Shown here in pieces: positions 55,400-64,000 of a stretch of 64,000 bases of DNA (position 1 is its first letter; each line of letters starts with the position of its first letter). Position numbers and translations under genes: made by a program. Under the pieces are notes generated by a model. The model did no database searches. It worked only from the letters and a program-made list of their open reading frames with translations, and was not told the origin of the DNA. This stretch comes from an uncultured Actinomycetota bacterium (GTDB lineage Bacteria > Actinomycetota > Actinomycetes > Mycobacteriales > Mycobacteriaceae): the NCBI GenBank assembly GCA_963750885.1, contig CAVVSN010000024.1:294542-358541 (forward strand), in the 5' to 3' direction.

Positions 55400-56194
55400 A
55401 TGGGCGACGATGAACGGATGCGCGCGCAGCCCTGGGTGGACGCGGCCACACCGCCGACGCCTGATACCGCCCTGCCTGCGGATCGTGAGGTCGCCGAATA
55501 CCGTCGGACCACCAGTTTTCGCACCCGGCGCTCACAACTGTCGGCCGCGCAGCAGCGGACGTGGGAACGGCTGTGGCCTGAACTCGGCACCATCGCGGTA
55601 TCCGGAGACGACTCGCAGGGTCCGGCGCAACCATTGGACACCCAGGCCTGGTTTGGCCGGGACGCTCCGCTGGTCCTTGAAATCGGTTGCGGCACAGGCA
55701 CTTCCACACTAGCAATGGCAAAGTCGGAGCCGGACGTCGACGTCATCGCCGTCGAGGTCTACCGGCGTGGCCTGGCGCAGCTGCTCTCGGCCATCGACCG
55801 GGAGCACGTCACCAATATCCGGCTGATCCGCGGCGACGCCGTCGACGTGCTCGACTTGCTGCTGGCTCCCGGCTCGCTCAGCGGGGTGCGGGTGTTCTTC
55901 CCCGACCCGTGGCCCAAGGCCCGTCATCACAAACGTCGACTGCTACAACCCGCCAACGTGGCGATGATCGCCGACCGGCTACGGCCCGGCGGGGTGTTGC
56001 ACGCCGCGACCGATCACGCGGGCTACGCCGAGCAGATCGCCGAGGTCGGCGACGCCGAACCGCTGCTGAGCAGGCTGGACACCGGAGCGCTGACTCCGGT
56101 CTCCACCGCCCGCCCGGCCACCAAATACGAGGGCAAGGCGCACGACGCCGGCAGCGCCGTCACCGAATTCCTTTGGGAAAGACGGTCACGATGA
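55400..56194 (+). CDS. trmB: tRNA (guanine-N7)-methyltransferase
   Basis: LEIGCGTG, FFPDPWPKARHHKRRL, ATD, TKYE. Confidence 0.93.
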   Translation: MGDDERMRAQPWVDAATPPTPDTALPADREVAEYRRTTSFRTRRSQLSAAQQRTWERLWPELGTIAVSGDDSQGPAQPLDTQAWFGRDAPLVLEIGCGTGTSTLAMAKSEPDVDVIAVEVYRRGLAQLLSAIDREHVTNIRLIRGDAVDVLDLLLAPGSLSGVRVFFPDPWPKARHHKRRLLQPANVAMIADRLRPGGVLHAATDHAGYAEQIAEVGDAEPLLSRLDTGALTPVSTARPATKYEGKAHDAGSAVTEFLWERRSR

Positions 56195-56886
56195 GTCTCA
56201 CCGACGAAACGACCAACGCCCCGGTGGCGCCGCCCGGCGACCCGCCGGCCGAATCGGGCTCGACACCGCGGCGGGTACTTCTGGTCTGGGATGCGCCGAA
56301 CCTCGACATGGGCCTCGGATCGATCCTCGGCCGACGGCCTACCGGCTTGGAGCGCCCCCGCTTCGACGCGCTCGGGCGCTGGTTGCTGGGTCGCACCGCT
56401 GACGTATCGACCAACCACGACACGGTCGCGGCCGAACCCGAGGCGACCGTGTTCACCAACATCGCCGCAGGCAGCGCCGATGTGGTACGGCCGTGGGTAG
56501 ACGCGCTGCGCAACGTCGGGTTCGCGGTGTTCGCCAAACCGAAGCTCGACGAGGACAGCGACGTCGACAGCGACATGCTCGAGCACATCGCGCAGCGCTC
56601 ACGGGAGGGATTGGCGGCCCTGGTGGTCGCGTCCGCCGACGGTCAGGCATTCCGCCTGCCGCTGGAGGAAATCTCTCGCAGCGGGGTACCCGTGCAGGTG
56701 CTGGGATTTCGCGAACATGCGAGTTGGGCGCTAGCGTCGGATACCTTGGAGTTTGTCGACCTGGAGGACATCGCGGGTGTGTTCCGGGAGCCTCTACCGC
56801 GAATCGGCCTAGATTCGCTGCCTGACAAGGGGGCGTGGCTGCAACCGTTCCGGCCGCTGTCCTCGTTGCTGACCTCGCGTGTCTGA
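56191..56886 (+). CDS. NYN-domain protein (Rv0207c ortholog)
   Basis: LLVWDAPNLD, DSDVD, ASADG; ATGA overlap with trmB. Confidence 0.88.
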   Translation: MSLTDETTNAPVAPPGDPPAESGSTPRRVLLVWDAPNLDMGLGSILGRRPTGLERPRFDALGRWLLGRTADVSTNHDTVAAEPEATVFTNIAAGSADVVRPWVDALRNVGFAVFAKPKLDEDSDVDSDMLEHIAQRSREGLAALVVASADGQAFRLPLEEISRSGVPVQVLGFREHASWALASDTLEFVDLEDIAGVFREPLPRIGLDSLPDKGAWLQPFRPLSSLLTSRV

Positions 56887-56936
56887 CAACTTGAAACCAA
56901 TGCGCGGGTCGTTGCAGATCCAGTAAAGGAGCTTAC

Positions 56937-59893
56937 GTGTTCGCCTGGTGGGGTCGAACTGTATATCGCTACCGATTCATCGTGATCGGAGTGACGGTGG
57001 CGCTGAGCCTGCTCGGCGGCGTCTTCGGGATCAGTCTGGGCAAGCACGTGACACAGAGCGGTTTCTACGACGAAGGCAGCCAGTCGGTCAAGGCGTCAGT
57101 GCTCGGCGACAAGACCTACGGACGTGACCGCACCAGCCACATCGTGGCGACCTTCACCGCGCCCAAGTCGATCAACGATCCGGCGTGGCAGAAGAAGACG
57201 GTCGACGAACTCAACGCCTTCAAGAAAGACCACCCCGACCAGGTGGTCGGCTGGGCCGGCTGGCTCGCCGCGCCGACCAGCACCGATCCCATCATCAAGG
57301 GAATGGCCAGCGAGGACGGCAAGCACACGTTCGTCAGCATCCCGCTCAAGGGCGACGACGACGACACCATCCTGACCAACTACAAGGACATCGAACCGGA
57401 TCTGCAGAAGCTCAACGACGGCAAGATCCAGCTCGCTGGGCTGGAGCCGATCGCCAACGCGCTGACCGGCACCATCGCCACCGACCAGAAGCGCATGGAA
57501 GTGCTGGCGCTGCCGCTGGTGGCGGTCGTGCTGTTCCTGGTTTTCGGCGGGGTGATAGCGGCCTCCCTGCCGGCAATCGTGGGTGGCCTGAGCATCGCCG
57601 GCTCGCTGGGCATCCTGCGACTCATCACGATGTTCGGTCCGCTGAGTTTCTTCGCCCAGCCCGTCGTGTCGATGATGGGGTTCGGTATCGCCATCGACTA
57701 CGGGCTGTTCGTGGTGAGCCGTTTCCGAGAGGAGATCGCCGAGGGCTACGACACCGAGGCCGCGGTGCGGCGCACGGTGATGACGGCCGGTCGCACGGTG
57801 GTGTTCTCCGCGGTCCTGATCGCCGTGTCCGCAGCCAGCCTCTTCCTGTTGCCGCAGGGCTTCGTGAAATCGCTGACCTACGCGGTGATCATCTCGGTGT
57901 CGCTGGCCGCGGTGCTGTCGATCACGCTGCTGCCGGCCATCCTGTCGATCCTTGGTAGCAACGTCGATGCGCTCGGCGTGCGCACCCTGTTCCGGATCCC
58001 GTTCCTGGCCAACTGGACGCCGTCGCGCGTCTACCTGAACTGGCTGGCGGATCGGCTGCAGAAGACCAAGACCCGCGAAGAGGTCGAGGCCGGGTTCTGG
58101 GGCAAGCTGGTCAACGTCGTGATGAAGCGGCCGCTGATCTTTGCCATTCCGATCGTGATCGGGATGATCGCGCTGGTCATCCCGCTGCACAACCTCTCCT
58201 TCGGCGGCATGAGCGAGAAGTATCTGCCGCCGAACAACTCGGTACGAGAGTCGCAGGAGAACTTCGACAAACTCTTCCCCGGCTATCGCACGAACCAGCT
58301 GACGCTGGTGATCGAGAGCAACAACCACAGCAAAGTCACCGACCAGCAGGTCGCCGAGGTCCGCAACGCCGCCGCCTCGATCAGCGGGTTCACCGACACC
58401 ACCTGGCAGGAGCGGGCCTGCCCGACGATCGAGGGCAACCCGTGCGTCTCGGGACCGAACGGCAGCCACCCCAAAGACGACTCGGTGCGGGTGATCCAGA
58501 ACGGTCTCTCGAACGCCAGCGACGCAGCCAAGAAGCTCAACGAGCTGCGGTCCATGACGCCGCCAAGGGGTTTGACCGTACTGGTCGGCGGCGTCCCGGC
58601 GCTCGAGCAGGACAGCATCCACAGCCTGTTCGACAAGGCGCCGCTGATGCTGGTGGTGCTGCTGTCCACGACGATGCTGTTGATGTTCCTGGCATTCGGA
58701 TCGGTGGTGCTGCCGATCAAGGCCGCCGTGATGAGCGCGCTGACGCTGGGCTCCACGCTGGGCATCCTGACCTGGATCTTCGTCGACGGCCACTTCTCCA
58801 AGCTGCTGAATTTCACGCCGACACCGCTGATGGTCGTGCTGATCGCGTTGGTCATCGCGGTCGGTTTCGGCCTGGCCACCGACTACGAGGTCTTCCTGGT
58901 CTCGCGCATGGTCGAGGCCAGAGCCCGCGGTATGTCGACGGCAGAGGCCATCCGGATCGGTACGGCGACGACCGGACGCCTGATCACCGCCGCTGCGCTG
59001 GTGCTGGCGATGGTGGCCGGGTCGTTCGTGTTCTCCGACCTGGTGATGATGAAATATCTGGCGTTCGGCCTGATGGCGGCGCTGCTGCTGGACGCGACCG
59101 TGGTCCGGATGTTCCTGGTGCCGTCGGTGATGAAGTTGCTCGGCGACGACTGCTGGTGGGCTCCGCATTGGATGAAGCGCCTGCAGAATCGCTTGGGCCT
59201 CGGCGAGATTCACCTGCCCGACGAGCGCAAGGTCGCCGTCGGCGCGGGCCCGGTCCGGCCGGCCTGCCACCACCACCCGCCCGCCGATCGCGCCGACACC
59301 ACGTCCGCCGCACGACCCCACGCACCCCAGCGCCGAGGGTGCGCTCGCGGCCGGCCCGGCCACCGGCCGCCCCCACCGCGCCGCGACCGGACATGCCGGC
59401 CGCCGGCTCCAGGATGCGCCATCGGCCGCCGGCACCACCCGGATGTCCGCACCGGGACGGACCGAGCCCAAAGAGGCGCCGACGACCCGCTTCTCGGCCC
59501 AGCCGACCCCGCCGGCCGGCCCGGCACCGGCTCGCCCGCCGGCACCGCCCGCTCCCCCGCAACCGCCGCGTGGCGAGGACCGCGAAATCGAGTCCTGGCT
59601 CAGCGATCTGCGCGGCGGCAAGACCGGCGACCCGCGTGGCGCCGCTCCCAAGGCCCCGCAGCCGTCCGCCGACGAAACCCGGGCGCTGCAGATCCCGCCG
59701 CGGGACAAGCCGTCGGGTCCCGCCGCCCACCGAACCCGAAGACGCCACCACCGCGATCCCGACCGCACCGCGGGAGGACAAGGATTCCGACACCGCCACG
59801 GAGAAGTTGAACGCGCGCGGCGACAAGCCGCGTCCACGCCGCGGGGGCGGGCTCAGCGCTCAGGACCTGCTGCGCCGAGAGGGCCGGATCTAA
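56937..59893 (+). CDS. mmpL3: Trehalose monomycolate exporter MmpL3, indels in the Pro-rich C-terminal tail
   Basis: [11 protein letters not shown] start, IDYG and TDYE D-Y pairs, C-terminus [15 protein letters not shown] in another frame. Confidence 0.95.
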
Positions 59894-59914
59894 CCGCGAA
59901 TTCGCTTCGCGCTC

Positions 59915-61086
59915 TTAGCTTTTGGATCCCACGTGGTCCGGATCGGCCTGCATGACCGTCGCGCTGTCGTCCTCGGTTTCGTCCGCCGCTTCTTCCGGGT
60001 CCTCGGCCAGCAGCACCTTGAACGCGTTGTTCAAGAACGCGACGGTCGGGACGGACAACAGCGCACCGACAATCCCGGCGAGCACGCCGCCGGTGGAAAT
60101 CGCCACCACGATCGCCAGCGGATGGATCGACACCGCCCGGCCCATCACCAGCGGCTGCAGGATGTGGGCCTCGAGCTGATTCACCGCGACGAGTAGCCCG
60201 AGGGTGATCAGCGCGTAGACAAAGCCTTTCGCCAGCAGTGCCACGATGACGGCCAGGAAGCCGCTGAGGACCGCACCGACCAGCGGGATGAAAGCGCCCA
60301 GGAACACCAGCGAGGCCAGCGGCAGCGCCAACGGCACACTCATGACCGCCAACCCGGTGCCGATGCCCAGCGCGTCGACCAACGCCACCAGGAAGGTGGC
60401 CCGCACGTAGCCGGTCAGCGAGTGGAATCCGGCGCCACCCGCCGCTTGTACCCGCTCGCGGACATGGGTCGGGGACGATCTTGGTGACGTAGCTCCAGAT
60501 GTTGCGTCCGCCGTACAGGAAGAAGATCAGCGTGAACAGCATCATCAATGCCGCGGTGATGATTTCGGTGATGGTGGCCGCGGTCGACAGGGCGCCGCTG
60601 GTCAACTTCTCCTGATTGTTCTGCAGCGCCTGGATCGCCGAGTCGCCGGCGTGGTCGATCTGCTGGCGGCTCAGATGCAGCGGGCCCTCGATCAGCCACT
60701 TCTTTGCGGAGTCGATGCTGCGGGTGACCTGTTTCACCAAATCCGGTACGCCGACGATGAATTGGCTGACGACGAAGGTCATGATCCCGCCGAGGATCGC
60801 GAAGCCGGCCAGCAACACCAGCGCGACCGCGCCGCCGCGGGGTGCGCCCCGCTTGTCCAGCCAGTCCACGATGGGGACCAGCAACGCGCTCAGCATCAAG
60901 GCGAGCAGCAGCGGGACGACGATCACTTCCAGCCGCTGTGACGACCAAAAGCAGCGCGACGACGGCGGTCAGGATCACCAGCAACCGCCAGGCCCAGGCT
61001 GCGGTCTTGCGAACTATCGGTTCTACCGATTCGGCGTAATCGGACGCGGCCTTCGATGGCATAGCGCCAAGACTAGGTGCGGACAC
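59915..61086 (-). CDS. AI-2E family transporter (Rv0205 ortholog), indels
   Basis: [33 protein letters not shown]. Confidence 0.85.
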
Positions 61087-61135
61087 CGGCGTCGCGCAGC
61101 GATCCGGGCGCGACCTGCGGAGCTACGCTAAGCGC

Positions 61136-62259
61136 GTGTCGCACGACGCACCGGCCGGCAAAGTCGACGGTCAGGTTCCAGAGCATGACCGCGGCAGGTA
61201 CCGGTGGCTGCGGTGGGCCGCCCTGGCGGTCGTCGCGATCGTGTTGGCCGTCGAGGTGGCGCTGGCATGGGATCAGCTGGCCAAAGCCGCCCGGAGCCTC
61301 TACTCGGCGAAGTGGTGGTGGCTGCTGGCCGCCGCGCTGGCCGCCGTGTTGCTGATGCACAGTTTCGCCGAGGTACAGCGGACGCTGCTGGCCTCAGCCG
61401 GGGTGCGGGTGCAAAAGCTGCGATCCGAGGCGGCCTACTACGCGGCCAACTCGCTGAGCACCACGCTGCCCGGCGGTCCGGTGATCGCCGCGACGTTTCT
61501 GCTTCGCCAGCAACGACTTTGGGGCGCCTCGACGTTGGTGGCGTCCTGGCAGCTGGTGATGTCGGGAGTGCTGCAGGCCGTCGGACTGGCGCTGCTCGGG
61601 CTGGGCGGCGCGTTCGTCCTCGGCGCCAAGAACAACCCATTCTCGTTGCTGTTCACCTTGGGCGGCTTCGTCGCGCTGCTGCTGCTGGCGCAGGCGGTGG
61701 CCTCCCGACCGGAGCTGATCGAGGGCATCGGCTGCCGGGTGTTGGCGCGGTTCAACTCGTTACGCGGCAGGCCGGCCGACGTCGGCCTGGCCAAATGGCG
61801 CGAGATGTTGTGCCAACTGGAATCGGTCAGCCTGAGCCGCCGCGACCTGGCGGCCGCCTTCAGCTGGTCGGTGGTCAACCGGTTCGCCGATGTCGCATGC
61901 CTGGCGTTCGCCGCGTACGCCGCCGGCGCGCACGCATCGCTCGGCGGGCTGACGGTCGCGTGCGCCGCCGCCCGCGCGGTCGGGACGATCCCGCTGATGC
62001 CCGGCGGCCTGTTGGTGGTCGAGGCGGTGCTGGTGCCGGGCCTGGTATCCAGCGGCATGTCACTGCCGAATGCCGTCTCGACGATGCTGATCTACCGGCT
62101 GATCAGCTGGCTGATGCTCGCAGCGATCGGCTGGGTGGTGTTCTTCTTCATGTTCCGCGCCGAGAACCATCTCGACCCCGATGACACCGAGACCGAGTCG
62201 CTGGCCATCGAGGCACGAGGCCGCGCTCGCCGCCGTCCGACGACGAACGGACTACTTGA
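61136..62259 (+). CDS. Lysylphosphatidylglycerol-synthase TM domain / YbhN family protein (Rv0204c ortholog); 3' end approximate
   Basis: NSLSTTLPGG, PGGLLVVE, LIYRLISW; read-through to 62815 is probably an indel artefact. Confidence 0.82.
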
Positions 62260-62800
62260 ACGGCGCGCTGATGCCCGGCATGGCTGCGGCGGCGCCGGGC
62301 GCGGCGGCCGTGCCGCCCGGAATCGCGTGCTGAGCTCCGGAGATCACGCCGGTCGGCATACCACCGGGCACAGTGCCGGGCGTATCGACACCCTGCGGCG
62401 ACTGCATGAATCCGAGCACCTGCGGAAGGCTGATCGTCATCTTGCACCGGCTGGACAGTCCGGCGAGCGGCGACGCGATGGTCTGGATATCGCTGGCCGC
62501 CTTGGGGTTGGCGTCGAAGTAGGACTCCAGCAAGCTGACCGATGTCGGACCCGGCGGCTGCAGCATGGCGGAGGTCATCGCCTGGTTGGTCTCCGGGTGC
62601 CCATCGAGGTAGTCACCGGCGGACCTGGCCACGTTGCTGATCGTGCGCGCCATTTCGCTGGCGGCACACGGATCGGACGCACCGACCGCCGATGGCGCGG
62701 ACAGCAACACCACCGCCGTGGCGCCACCCAGCCCGGTCGCCGTCAGCGCGGCCAGCAGTCGACGGCGTGCCGTCGCGGTACTCCCAGTCAGGGACCTCAT
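62252..62800 (-). CDS. Secreted heme-binding protein (hemophore, Rv0203 ortholog)
   Basis: Signal peptide, DPCAASE, DYLDGHPETN, second Cys in SRC; Pro/Gly-rich tail. Confidence 0.88.
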   Translation of the reverse strand: MRSLTGSTATARRRLLAALTATGLGGATAVVLLSAPSAVGASDPCAASEMARTISNVARSAGDYLDGHPETNQAMTSAMLQPPGPTSVSLLESYFDANPKAASDIQTIASPLAGLSSRCKMTISLPQVLGFMQSPQGVDTPGTVPGGMPTGVISGAQHAIPGGTAAAPGAAAAMPGISAPFK

Positions 62801-63046
62801 TCACACTCCTCATAGCTTGCCGGCGGACGTTCGCCCCGCAGACAGCTGCCGGCGCGGGGCCGGCACATGCCGATAATCCTGCCACCGAATCCGTCGCCGT
62901 CGCCAACCCTGCGTTCAGGGTTCTCGTCACACCTGTGTGAAACCTGTGCGGGAATCGACATCGTTGCGGAGTTGTTGCAGCTCAGCGACCCGTAAGCAGC
63001 CTCGGCAATAGCTGGCTGGGGGCTCGCGGGCACGCGATTCTTCGCT

Positions 63047-63084
63047 GCGGTCGCAAGCGCGGCGAAGCCGGGCGCAGCGGGTCG
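63047..63084 (+). repeat. Dispersed mycobacterial intergenic repeat
   Basis: GCGGTCGCAAGCGCGGCGAAGCCGGGCGCAGCGGGTCG resembles a repeat I recall from slow-growing mycobacteria; only one copy in this window. Confidence 0.5.
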
Positions 63085-63126
63085 TCGCGTGAAAACGAAT
63101 GCGGGGAGACCGAAATCCAGCACTTC

Positions 63127-64000
63127 ATGATGCGCTTGAGCAGCAGCCTGCGCAGGTGTCGCTGGCTGGTCTTCGCCGGTTGGGTGCTCGCGCTGATACC
63201 CGCCCTCTACCTGGTGCTGACCTCGTCGGGTCATCTCACCGGTGGTGGCTTCGAGGTGCCCGGGTCCCAGTCGCTGCGGGTCCACGACCAGCTCGAAGCG
63301 CATTACCCCGACCAGGGCACGTCGCCGTTGGCGCTGGTCGCGGCCCCTCGCGCGGATGCCAGCTACGAGGACATGAATGCCGCTGCCGGGTTCCTGCAGC
63401 AGGTCGCCAAGCAAATGCCCGACGTGGTGGTGGTGCCCAATCCCGCGCAGCCGTCACCGCAGCCGGACCGGCCGTACGTGGTCTCGTTGCGACTGGACGG
63501 GGCCACCAACAACAGCGCCAGCGACGCCGCCAAGAAGCTGCGGGTCAAGATCGGCGTGCAGGGTGAACGCCCCGGCCAGATGCAGAACGGCCGCGTCCGG
63601 CTCTACGTGATCGGCCAGGGTGCGCTCAGCACGGCCGCTGCGGCCAACACCAAACACGACATCGCCAAAGCCGAGCAGTGGAACCTTCCGATCATCCTGA
63701 TCGTGTTGCTGGCGGTGTTCGGCTCGCTGGCGGCCGCCGCGATCCCGCTGGCGCTGGGCATCGTCACCGTCATCATCACGATGGGCCTGGTCTACCTGCT
63801 GTCGGCGTACACGGTGATGTCGGTATTCGTCACGTCGACGGTGTCGATGTTCGGCATCGCGCTGGCGGTCGACTATTCGCTGTTCATCCTGATGCGCTTC
63901 CGCGAGGAACTGCGCGCCGGACGCCAGCCTCAGGAGGCGATCGACGCGGCGATGGCCACGTCGGGCCTGGCCGTCGCGCTGTCCGGGATGACCGTCGTCG
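63127..64000 (+). CDS. mmpL11: MmpL11 transporter (Rv0202c ortholog), truncated by the window end
   Basis: MMRLSSSLRR start, HLTGGGFEVPGSQS, AVDYSLF; divergent from the hemophore. Confidence 0.9.
   Translation, partial: MMRLSSSLRRCRWLVFAGWVLALIPALYLVLTSSGHLTGGGFEVPGSQSLRVHDQLEAHYPDQGTSPLALVAAPRADASYEDMNAAAGFLQQVAKQMPDVVVVPNPAQPSPQPDRPYVVSLRLDGATNNSASDAAKKLRVKIGVQGERPGQMQNGRVRLYVIGQGALSTAAAANTKHDIAKAEQWNLPIILIVLLAVFGSLAAAAIPLALGIVTVIITMGLVYLLSAYTVMSVFVTSTVSMFGIALAVDYSLFILMRFREELRAGRQPQEAIDAAMATSGLAVALSGMTVV

Noticed and set aside
57096-59837. 913-aa ORF antisense to mmpL3, and similar long antisense ORFs (47562-49274, 26585-28240)
   Set aside because: Shadow ORFs expected in high-GC coding DNA; they have no family motifs and overlap well-supported genes.
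59230-59890. Pro-rich, repetitive-looking region considered as a repeat array or programmed frameshift
   Set aside because: It is the low-complexity MmpL3 cytoplasmic tail with error-type indels and has no regular repeat unit.
61136-62815. 559-aa Rv0204c ortholog overlapping the hemophore
   Set aside because: The extension is antisense to the hemophore; the stop was probably lost to an indel.
1-64000. CRISPR arrays, tRNA/rRNA genes, IS elements, prophage or defence systems
   Set aside because: No spaced direct repeats, RNA-gene signatures, or transposase/integrase motifs were seen; the NYN gene is a conserved core-locus member.

Overview
High-GC DNA from a non-tuberculous Mycobacterium. It is collinear, in reverse orientation, with the M. 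tuberculosis Rv0236A to Rv0202c interval. The backbone runs aftD, gabD1, R2lox, php, the tmaT/Rv0227c/Rv0226c/Rv0225/mtrP cell-envelope cluster, an aldehyde dehydrogenase, echA1, a WS/DGAT, lipC, lipW, Rv0216, fadE3, fadD4, pckA, Rv0210/Rv0209, trmB, an NYN protein, mmpL3, Rv0205, Rv0204c, the hemophore and a partial mmpL11. Accessory genes are interspersed. I saw no rRNA, tRNA, CRISPR array or transposase. About half of the genes, including essential ones, are broken by mostly +1 indels, which I read as consensus errors rather than real pseudogenes. The best candidates for novelty are: (i) a ThDP enzyme resembling cyanobacterial 2-oxoglutarate decarboxylase, set head-to-head with the SSADH gabD1 (possible TCA bypass); (ii) a WXG-type N-terminus fused to a DUF1023 serine hydrolase (possible ESX effector); (iii) an unannotated 48-aa sORF with paired TATG-N8-CATA sites ahead of a TetR; (iv) a desulforedoxin-like duplicated small protein coupled to an acyl-CoA ligase; (v) a TetR C-terminal-domain protein with no HTH; (vi) an orphan aquaglyceroporin; (vii) a degenerate dynamin/IniA-like pair. 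Identifications come from recalled family motifs and synteny; no database searches were run.
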